Assembly (NCBI GenBank): GCA_965263355.1
Contig: CBDHHL010000032.1
Location: 672,001-736,000 of the forward strand
Origin: Leptolyngbyaceae cyanobacterium
GTDB taxonomy: Bacteria; Cyanobacteriota; Cyanobacteriia; Phormidesmidales; Phormidesmidaceae
Direction: 5' to 3'
DNA: 64,000 bases
Part shown: piece after piece, positions 32,616 to 40,151 of the stretch
Layout of the letters: the number at the start of each line of letters is the position of its first letter
How positions within the stretch are numbered: position 1 is the stretch's first letter
Notes under the pieces: generated by a model
Databases searched by the model: none
Told to the model about the DNA's origin: nothing
Seen by the model: only the letters and a program-made list of their open reading frames with translations
Translations under genes and position numbers: made by a program

Positions 32616-33689
32616 CTAGACAGTGGAGAGTCGATGGTTGAGGGTGGTTGCGATCGCCTCCCTAACCTGTTCACGTTTCCTATGCACCTGCCCCGTTTCC
32701 AAAAGAAGTTGGGCCTTTTGAAAACCATCAGATAAGTTAGGCACATCTCCTGAACGCCAAAGATAGAAGCCACCATTCCAAATAGCAGAACGGGTCAACT
32801 CTGTAGTTTCTCCATGACTTGCCTGCTCTAATAACCGGTCAAAATTTTCCTCCAGACTTGGATCTTGCCCCTCAAATCCATAATCCCTTGGATGAAGTAG
32901 TAAGCGATCAAACACAGGTTTACCATCACTTAGAGTCCCCATTCCTATAATCGCCGTACGACTACGGGGTAAATCGCAACTTCCTTCTAACCCCTTAACC
33001 GTTGTAAATTCAGTAGTATGGCGCAGTTGATAGGTTTCTTGCGTACGGGTTTCCGTAGGCGGATGCACAAAACTACTGACAATATGTTTGGGACCATCAC
33101 AGGGGGCCCACATGAGTTCCACCGTAGCTAGGGTAGGGCGTTTACCAATTTGTTCTCGGTAAGGCACTAACCCATGGGCCGCTGGAAAATGTTGGGGAAG
33201 ATATACAAATCCTATATAAGTCAGGTTAAATACTTGCTGGGTTTGTTCGAGGGTGAGCGACTGCCATGCAACACCTAACATTTGCCAAACATCAACTAGG
33301 GGTAGCCCCATCTTTGTGGGCATACGCTCTCCACCATGCAAAATAACAGGAACCCCAGCAGCGGCTAGAATTAGCGCCGTAATCGGGGTAACTGGTGCAT
33401 TACGCTGACGACCATCGTAGGGATTATTAAGCACCATAGTTCGATAGCCAGTCTGGGGTACGGTTAATTTCCCTCCCATTTGCTCATAGCAATCTAACAT
33501 TCCAGCCAGTTCTAGAATTGTCGGACGCTTAATTCGCTGAGCAATCATAAAAGCACCTATTTGCGCAGGCGTGGCTGTTTGCTCTAGCATCATTCGAGTC
33601 GCAAGAGCTGATTCTGCCCGACTAAGATGCTTAGACGTATGGGTGCCGCTACCGACTTTTTTCAAGAGTTCACGAAAAGCGCTGCTCAT
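32616..33689 (-). CDS. cnaT: Anthranilate phosphoribosyltransferase-like protein CnaT
   Basis: FRELLKKVGSG, AQIGAFMIAQRIK, PYDGR; directly downstream of ntcB as in cyanobacterial nitrate clusters. Confidence 0.8.
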   Translation of the reverse strand: MSSAFRELLKKVGSGTHTSKHLSRAESALATRMMLEQTATPAQIGAFMIAQRIKRPTILELAGMLDCYEQMGGKLTVPQTGYRTMVLNNPYDGRQRNAPVTPITALILAAAGVPVILHGGERMPTKMGLPLVDVWQMLGVAWQSLTLEQTQQVFNLTYIGFVYLPQHFPAAHGLVPYREQIGKRPTLATVELMWAPCDGPKHIVSSFVHPPTETRTQETYQLRHTTEFTTVKGLEGSCDLPRSRTAIIGMGTLSDGKPVFDRLLLHPRDYGFEGQDPSLEENFDRLLEQASHGETTELTRSAIWNGGFYLWRSGDVPNLSDGFQKAQLLLETGQVHRKREQVREAIATTLNHRLSTV

Positions 33690-33771
33690 AATAAGACTGG
33701 GGATAAAATGAGGTGCTGGGGTGATGTGCCCGGTCTAGATTTGAACTTAGGTTGAACTTAAAGCAAGCCTT

Positions 33772-34704
33772 CTAATTTAAACTCATCAGACTTGGCAAGT
33801 CGTTGAGCTTGCTAAAGCTAGCATCGGCTAGACGCTGTACGAGATCGCAAAATTGTCGCACAGGTGGTAAGCGCAGACGATCTTGCGTCGTTACCATAAC
33901 CACTTGACGAGTAAGAATAGGCGCAGTTGTACTGCGCACAGCTAAATCAGGATCGCGACGACTCTCTGCCAGAGCAGACTGGGGCAATAAAGCAATCATT
34001 TTGCCTTGACGCACTACACCCCGAAAGGCGTCAAGGGTATTGAGTTCTAAGGCCATTTTTAATTCTGTTTCAGGCACCTGAGATTGAACCAGTCTCTGCA
34101 TACCATAACCATCTTTAAAGACCACATGGGGATAGCGGGCAATTTCAGCCCAAGGTGCGGGACTATAGCTTGCTAAAGGATGATCAGCAGCCATCAGGAC
34201 TTCTACATGATCCTCATAGAGGGGAGTAACCGCCATCTCTTGAGAATTAGTCAGCATCGGATTATGCATCACAATGGCAATATCAACGAGACCATCGCGT
34301 AATACTTTGAGTGATCGATCACTACCCAATGCCGTAACCCGCAGCTGCACCTTGGGATAACGTTGACAAAATTGGGTAATGATCGGGGGCAAAAAATGAG
34401 AACACACTGATTGAATCCCCGCCACACAGAGTTCCGGCTGTCGTCCCTCTAATAAATCGGTAATTTCGCTGGTAGCTTGCTTCCATTCCTGACAAATACG
34501 CCGTGCTCTGGGTAATAACCGTTCTCCTCCAATCGTGAGCTTAGCCTGAGCCGTACGATGAAACAGGGGCATACCCAAGTCATCTTCAAGGCTGCGAATT
34601 TGTCGACTCACCGTCGATTGGGTAATACCGCACCGTCGAGCGGCTGCTTGAAAGCTACCTGTCTCGGCAATGGCTAGGAATGCTTGTAGCTGCTCTATAC
34701 GCAT
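33772..34704 (-). CDS. ntcB: LysR-type nitrite-responsive activator NtcB
   Basis: LysR HTH MRIEQLQAFLAIAETGSFQ; LRVTALGSDRSLKVLRDG; cluster context. Confidence 0.9.
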   Translation of the reverse strand: MRIEQLQAFLAIAETGSFQAAARRCGITQSTVSRQIRSLEDDLGMPLFHRTAQAKLTIGGERLLPRARRICQEWKQATSEITDLLEGRQPELCVAGIQSVCSHFLPPIITQFCQRYPKVQLRVTALGSDRSLKVLRDGLVDIAIVMHNPMLTNSQEMAVTPLYEDHVEVLMAADHPLASYSPAPWAEIARYPHVVFKDGYGMQRLVQSQVPETELKMALELNTLDAFRGVVRQGKMIALLPQSALAESRRDPDLAVRSTTAPILTRQVVMVTTQDRLRLPPVRQFCDLVQRLADASFSKLNDLPSLMSLN

Positions 34705-34775
34705 GGGTTGACGGAGAATAACGGAGGCTAGGTCTAGATACAGAAAACGCTTTTTGGCGAAACTGTTTACCTAAC

Positions 34776-34817
34776 ACTCTAGGGAGCATCACCATCAGAT
34801 TTGGTACGTCTGGCTAC
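34776..34817 (-). promoter_or_regulatory. NtcA-activated class II promoter of ntcB
   Basis: Minus strand GTAgccagacgTAC (34817-34804), 22 nt, TAGAGT (-10). Confidence 0.8.
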
Positions 34818-35116
34818 CGGCTGCAAACCAACTAGACAAACTATTATTAAAGAATTCTGAAAAGAAATTAAATGATGATTTAAAGAATCAATATCGAAAC
34901 CATTTGATTTTTATACTGTAAATTTTCAATTTTACAAAAAATAGAGGTCAAAAATAATGATTAAAAAATAATAGAAATCACAGCTGCAATTTCTATAAAC
35001 TCCCTTTGTTAAAAGTCATTCTTACAAAGAGAATACTGACATCTATATTACATTTTAATCTTGCCTTAATTTTAACTGTTTTTGAACTTATATATTTGAT
35101 TCGCAGCTAAAGGGTT

Positions 35117-36415
35117 TTACCAAAGATTAAGGATATCGCTGGGAGAATCGCCCCCCCCACCCATATAGTCTGTCACTCGCTGCAAACTATCCTCAGGGTC
35201 TAACTGCTTTAAGGCAGCAATTGTATGAATAGGAACAGTCTCTGTCGGGTGATTGAGCAAAGGGAGTAACGCATCAAAAGCTTGAGGTTGCCTTAAATTT
35301 GCCAAGGCCATAATCACAGCCTGAATAACAGAGGTAGAAACCTTATACCCTAGCTGCTCAATTAGAACGTCAGTGGCATAAGATGCCACTGAATCGTAGC
35401 GTTGATTGCCCAGCACTCGAACGATAGTCAACTGAAGTTTGGCTTTTTCCTGACAGGTCAACACATTAGAAGGGTTGCCATTATCGCCTGCACCGTCACA
35501 GAAGTACTTTAGGGAGTGAGTCAATACCCTAAGTGCTCTATTGACAAGGGGATGGGCATCACAACACCAGCCCAAGGCTCGAACGGTATCAATACGCAAC
35601 GCCACTGGCGTATGTTCTGATAAGAGAACCCGCTGTAGATCATCAACCGTATCCTTAGCGCCTAAACGCCCTAAAGCTAGAGCAGCTTGACAACTTACAG
35701 CCAAATCAATATCCCAAAGGAGGGGCTGTAACTGCTGACTTAGCCGACATTGCTCTTGTAAATCTCGACGACGCCCTAAAGCCATGACTGCGGCCTTACG
35801 TACCGCTGCCGACAAATCCTTTAGCGCAGCTAACAAAATAGGAGTTACCTCACTACTATGAAAACTGCCAAGGGCATCGACAGCATAGTAGCGAACCATA
35901 GCATCATCATCATTGGCAATGCTAACCATGGCAGTAATTACACCACTGGAACGCACCTGATTAAGTGCTTTTGCTGCGAGTAGACGCCGCTGTGGATCCG
36001 CCAATAGATGGATTAAGACGTCAATGGCTAACGGCCCCATAGCCGCTAACGTCTCTATGGCAAATGCACTTAACTCAGCTGATTGCTCGCTAGTGCGGCT
36101 GACATAGTATGAGATATCACTATTAATCTGTGCAGCTAAGGCGGCAATTACCTCTGGTTCATCAGGGAAATTGCCTAAAGCCCGGATAGTAAACCAGTGG
36201 GTTTCGGCATCAACTGTGGGGTCCTCGAGTAACTCTAACAGGGGCAAAATGGAACTTTCACCCTCTTTAACAATAAACTTTGAGCTATTCCATTTCTGTT
36301 TAAAGTCACCCGTTTTGAAACGCTGCCAGTGATCCGCTCGATTTTGTAAGCCTGAGAATTCCACTCCATTAGCCCCCCTTGATGGCGGCATACACGCTCT
36401 CCACAGACATCTCAT
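35117..36415 (-). CDS. nirB: HEAT-repeat protein, NirB-like (nitrite reductase maturation)
   Basis: HEAT repeats (VRYYAVDALGSFH, VRKAAVMALG); divergent from nirA and upstream of ntcB. Confidence 0.72.
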   Translation of the reverse strand: MRCLWRACMPPSRGANGVEFSGLQNRADHWQRFKTGDFKQKWNSSKFIVKEGESSILPLLELLEDPTVDAETHWFTIRALGNFPDEPEVIAALAAQINSDISYYVSRTSEQSAELSAFAIETLAAMGPLAIDVLIHLLADPQRRLLAAKALNQVRSSGVITAMVSIANDDDAMVRYYAVDALGSFHSSEVTPILLAALKDLSAAVRKAAVMALGRRRDLQEQCRLSQQLQPLLWDIDLAVSCQAALALGRLGAKDTVDDLQRVLLSEHTPVALRIDTVRALGWCCDAHPLVNRALRVLTHSLKYFCDGAGDNGNPSNVLTCQEKAKLQLTIVRVLGNQRYDSVASYATDVLIEQLGYKVSTSVIQAVIMALANLRQPQAFDALLPLLNHPTETVPIHTIAALKQLDPEDSLQRVTDYMGGGGDSPSDILNLW

Positions 36416-36475
36416 CTATTATTCCGTGAAAACGATCAGCCATGGATAACGTCCATGCATAGGTTAACGTTTAAG

Positions 36476-36490
36476 ATGCAACTATTGCAT
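36476..36490. promoter_or_regulatory. NtcB (LysR) site upstream of nirB
   Basis: Perfect ATGC-N7-GCAT (ATGCaactattGCAT). Confidence 0.65.
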
Positions 36491-36788
36491 TGCCTATAAA
36501 CAGCCCTCAAGACTTAGCACTTGAGGGGGACAAACCACGCTTATAGCCTTCAATTCCCTTGTCAAACAACACACTGAAATTTGATATTCCAAGAGACAAA
36601 CTCTAGATGTAAATTGAACTGTCAGGTCAGTGAAGATAAAGCTTTACGACTACAGTTCACAACATTAGCCATTCCTGAAAGCCTTAGGTGGCAGCAGCTA
36701 TTGGCAGCGCAATCTATTGACTGCGTGCGATCAATTGCTGACGCTAATCAGACAATTTGCTCCACCAAAAATATATTGCATTAGTTTG

Positions 36789-36860
36789 ATGCAAAAAATG
36801 CAATATCCTTGACAAAAAGTAATCGGATATACAAAAAAATAAGATTTTTCTCAATATTCT
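36789..36860 (+). promoter_or_regulatory. NtcB/NtcA promoter of nirA
   Basis: TGCA-N5-TGCA (36790-36802), GTAatcggataTAC (36819-36832), 22 nt, TATTCT (36855-36860). Confidence 0.9.
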
Positions 36861-37068
36861 TTGATTAACTCGATAGCAAGCGAGCTAAATGAACTCCTGA
36901 AGCGGTTCCTTATAAGTGTGTCTAGCGGGGCAGAGCCATAGGTTCTTGGAATCTTGGACTTTTGCTCCCGTTTTTTTTGCTCTAACTAGGCCTACGAACT
37001 GCTGAAGGTTGCACCCATAGCAATTTACGCTAAAGGTGTTTTCTGTTGAATAGGTTGGGAGTGCTGCT

Positions 37069-38937
37069 GTGGTCACCGCATCCACTACTGAGAAAAAGGT
37101 AAAGCTTAATAAGTTTGAAAAATATAAGGCCGAAAAGGACGGTTTGGCAGTCAAGGATGAACTGCAAAAGTTCGCCGAGATGGGTTGGGAAGCCGTTGAT
37201 GAAACTGACTTAACCCAACGTCTCAAGTGGTTAGGTATTTTCTTCAGACCAGTAACTCCCGGTAAATTTATGCTGCGTTTGCGGATGCCCCATGGGCTGA
37301 TTTCAGCCCAGCAAATGCGGGTTCTTGCTGAAGTTGTCCAACGATATGGGGATGATGGCAGTGCCGATATTACCACCCGTCAAAATTTACAGCTGCGCGG
37401 TGTTCATTTAGAGGATATTCCCGATATTTTCTCTAGGATGCATGCTGTAAGCATGACTTCCATGCAGTCAGGGATGGATAACGTTCGCAATATTACAGGG
37501 TCACCGGTCGCTGGCATTGATGCTAATGAATTGATTGATACACGGGAGTTGGTACAAGCTGTTCAGGACATGATTACGAACAGCGGCCAGGGCAATTATG
37601 ACTTTACGAACTTACCTCGAAAGTTCAATATTGCCATTGAAGGGAGTACTGACAATTCGGTCCACGCAGAAATTAATGATATTGCCTTTGTACCTGCTTA
37701 CAAGGATAGCACCATTGGCTTCAATGTACTGGTAGGTGGATTCTTTTCCTCCACTCGCTGTGCAGCTGCTATTCCTCTAGGCGTCTGGGTTCCCCCTGAA
37801 AAGGGAGATGTGGTCGAGCTATGCCGTGCCATTCTCACGGTCTACAGGGATAACGGCTCTCGAGGTAATCGTCAAAAGACACGTTTGATGTGGCTAATTG
37901 ATGAATGGGGCATGGAAAAATTCCGAGCCGAAGTTGAGAAAAGTGTTGGTACTTCCCTGGCCATAGCAGCAACTGAAGATGCCTTAGATACTGACAAAAG
38001 AGATCACGTCGGTGTCTTTCCACAAAAGCAGGCAGGGCTTAATTACATTGGTTTACATGTTCCGGTGGGACGTTTACAGGCAGACCAAATGTTCGACTTA
38101 GCTCGTATAGCTGAAGTCTATGGTAGCGGCGATCTACGTCTTACGGTTGAGCAAAATGTCATCATTGCCAATGTACCTGACAATCGATTAGCTGCCTTTT
38201 TAGCTGAGCCTATCGTTCAGACATTTCCGATTCAACCGTCTTCCTTAGTAAGATCATTGGTGTCTTGTACGGGGGCCCAATTCTGTAATTTTGCTCTAGT
38301 GGAAACTAAGATGCAATCTTTGGCTCTGGCTCGACGCTTAGACTCAGAGTTAGACATTCCAGAACCTGTGCGCATGCATTGGACCGGATGTCCTAACTCC
38401 TGTGGTCAGCCCCAGGTGGCCCAGATTGGCATGATGGGTACCAAAGCGCGCAAAAACGGCAAAATGGTGCCTGCAGTGGATATTTACATGGGGGGTACTG
38501 TGGGGAAAGATGCCCACTTAGGTGAGCGTGTTATGCAGAAAGTTCCCTGTGACGAACTACCTGGTGTCGTACGTAAGTTACTAACTGAGAACTTTGGGGC
38601 TACGCTCAGGCCAGGTGTTGTGATTGAAGCCCCCACGGAGGCAGTGGTTAGCCAGTCAGAAACGCCTAAGGCCAAAAAGCCAGCTGTGATTATTTTTTCC
38701 AAGTCTGGTAAGGAGATCAACTGCGATGATAGTCAGTCAGTTCTTGCGATCGCAGAAGGCGCAGGTATTGATATTGAAAGCAGTTGTCAGTCCGGTTCCT
38801 GTGGTACCTGTAAGTTACCCCTGATAGAAGGCAATGTGCGCTACGAGGGTGACCCAACCGCCTTAGAGACTGGTGAGACAGGCTCAGTGCTGACCTGTAT
38901 TGCCCATCCAGAAGGCCGCTTAGTGATTGATGCATAG
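37069..38937 (+). CDS. nirA: Ferredoxin-nitrite reductase with C-terminal 2Fe-2S ferredoxin domain
   Basis: ITTRQNLQ, LPRKFNIA, SCTGAQFC and TGCPNSCG siroheme/4Fe-4S ligands; C-terminal CQSGSCGTC...LTC. Confidence 0.96.
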   Translation: MVTASTTEKKVKLNKFEKYKAEKDGLAVKDELQKFAEMGWEAVDETDLTQRLKWLGIFFRPVTPGKFMLRLRMPHGLISAQQMRVLAEVVQRYGDDGSADITTRQNLQLRGVHLEDIPDIFSRMHAVSMTSMQSGMDNVRNITGSPVAGIDANELIDTRELVQAVQDMITNSGQGNYDFTNLPRKFNIAIEGSTDNSVHAEINDIAFVPAYKDSTIGFNVLVGGFFSSTRCAAAIPLGVWVPPEKGDVVELCRAILTVYRDNGSRGNRQKTRLMWLIDEWGMEKFRAEVEKSVGTSLAIAATEDALDTDKRDHVGVFPQKQAGLNYIGLHVPVGRLQADQMFDLARIAEVYGSGDLRLTVEQNVIIANVPDNRLAAFLAEPIVQTFPIQPSSLVRSLVSCTGAQFCNFALVETKMQSLALARRLDSELDIPEPVRMHWTGCPNSCGQPQVAQIGMMGTKARKNGKMVPAVDIYMGGTVGKDAHLGERVMQKVPCDELPGVVRKLLTENFGATLRPGVVIEAPTEAVVSQSETPKAKKPAVIIFSKSGKEINCDDSQSVLAIAEGAGIDIESSCQSGSCGTCKLPLIEGNVRYEGDPTALETGETGSVLTCIAHPEGRLVIDA

Positions 38938-38980
38938 CGGTCACAAAAGCATTCCGCCATTAAAAACAAGGCTTACAACT

Positions 38981-39021
38981 CTCCTCGGTAACAGTCTCTA
39001 CCGAGGAGCTTTTTGTTTTTT
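38981..39021 (+). terminator. Intrinsic terminator after nirA
   Basis: CTCCTCGGTA-N8-TACCGAGGAG followed by a T-rich tract. Confidence 0.8.
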
Positions 39022-39067
39022 GAGGTGGAATTGGAGTTAGGAACAACAATACTGAAAAACCCGTCCT

Positions 39068-39133
39068 ATGCAGATAATGCATTTCACCTATGCAAGAAAA
39101 AGATTACTCCATTGATCCAGTGAGGAATGTTAC
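39068..39133 (+). promoter_or_regulatory. NtcB pair plus NtcA-like site upstream of small ORF 39191
   Basis: ATGCagataatGCAT (39068), ATGCaagaaaaAGAT (39090), GTGaggaatgtTAC (39120); same 30-bp NtcB-to-NtcA offset as nirA and nrtP. Confidence 0.7.
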
Positions 39134-39190
39134 AGAAATGACCTAAGTGCCATGGGCATTATGTAGATAAATAAACCAGTTTTCTAATTG

Positions 39191-39355
39191 ATGGATAACC
39201 TGAAATCTTTGATACTACCTGCTTTCTTAGGCTTAACGGCAGGCGTTGCCCACGGCATTATTTCGCACCAAGTTGGGTTACCCATGTCTCTGACCGAGCA
39301 ATTACTCAGTCCCTTTATTGCCTCCGAAAAAGTTAGCTATTCTTTTGAAGACTAA
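39191..39355 (+). CDS. Small hypothetical membrane protein (54 aa)
   Basis: Not in track; MDNLKSLILPAFLGLTAGVAHGIISHQVGLPMSLTEQLLSPFIASEKVSYSFED; upstream NtcB/NtcA sites. Confidence 0.6.
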   Translation: MDNLKSLILPAFLGLTAGVAHGIISHQVGLPMSLTEQLLSPFIASEKVSYSFED

Positions 39356-39367
39356 ATTTCGTAAACA

Positions 39368-39381
39368 GTATTGTTCGTTAC
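39368..39381. promoter_or_regulatory. NtcA box upstream of small ORF 39432
   Basis: GTAttgttcgtTAC; no TAN3T at the canonical 22-nt distance. Confidence 0.5.
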
Positions 39382-39431
39382 AGAATAATTATGGGATGCT
39401 TGGACTGACGTTTTAGTTCAGGGTTATTTTT

Positions 39432-39641
39432 ATGGCTTCCCAAACCCGTATAATCTCTACCCAAACTTCTAGCCTGGATAAGGCTTTAACTGCATCTTTG
39501 GCAGCTATTGCTATGTTTATTGCTGGCTATACTGTAGTAAGAGTTTCTCTAGCTCAGCCTGCAAATACGGTTACTGAAACAAATGTAACAACTACTGTTA
39601 TCCCCCATCAGGCAGAGCTTTGGGCTGACTTTGCTGAATAG
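39432..39641 (+). CDS. Small hypothetical single-TM protein (69 aa)
   Basis: ATG ORF with one hydrophobic helix (ALTASLAAIAMFIAGYTVVRVSLA); T-ending codon bias as in expressed genes. Confidence 0.6.
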   Translation: MASQTRIISTQTSSLDKALTASLAAIAMFIAGYTVVRVSLAQPANTVTETNVTTTVIPHQAELWADFAE

Positions 39642-39698
39642 GAATTCAGTACGTAGCAGGGTATATAAATGCTATGTATCCGTTGTCTTTTCAGGCGA

Positions 39699-39760
39699 AT
39701 TCCAATAAATAAGGAGCGGATTGAGAGCATGCTCTCAATCCGCTCCTTATTTATTGGAAT
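39699..39760. repeat. Perfect 62-bp palindrome, no spacer
   Basis: 31-bp arms checked base by base around the central GCATGC. Confidence 0.95.
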
Positions 39761-39801
39761 ATTCATAGGGTTCTCAAAACTTAGGTACCTAGACTCTTTG
39801 A

Positions 39802-39894
39802 ATGCAAGAATCGAATTTGAACATGCAAAAACAGAATCAACCAGTGATAACAGTATCAAACAATACTTTTCTGCTTTTTGCTCATCGATAAAGT
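39802..39894 (+). promoter_or_regulatory. NtcB/NtcA promoter of nrtP
   Basis: ATGC-N7-GAAT at 39802 and 39823; GTAtcaaacaaTAC (39853-39866), 22 nt, TAAAGT (39889-39894). Confidence 0.85.
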
Positions 39895-40151
39895 TACTCC
39901 ATAGTGAGTTTACCTAACATTGCTTGTTTAGTTGTCTCTTATGAAACAAGCTTTCCAGGTATCGCCTGATATTGGTTTTACCTCGGAGGCATTCATTTGA
40001 GTGTCTAATCGCATGTTTGCTCACTATTGAAACTATTCACCATGTTGTTGGGTTCCGGTTGTGAACCTCAATGAGTGAGTTACCTAAAGCTTGATTTTCA
40101 ATCGAACTTTAGGACATAGAGAGTGTTTGTCTGTTTATGGGAATAGCATAG

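Noticed and set aside
34830..35115. Very AT-rich spacer between ntcB and nirB
   Set aside because: No ORF, repeat array or DnaA-box cluster that I could support.
39608..39917. ORFs 39608..39859 (-) and 39669..39917 (+) sharing the peptide IPINKERIESMLSIRSLFIGI
   Set aside because: Artefact of the perfect palindrome reading the same on both strands; both overlap the nrtP promoter.
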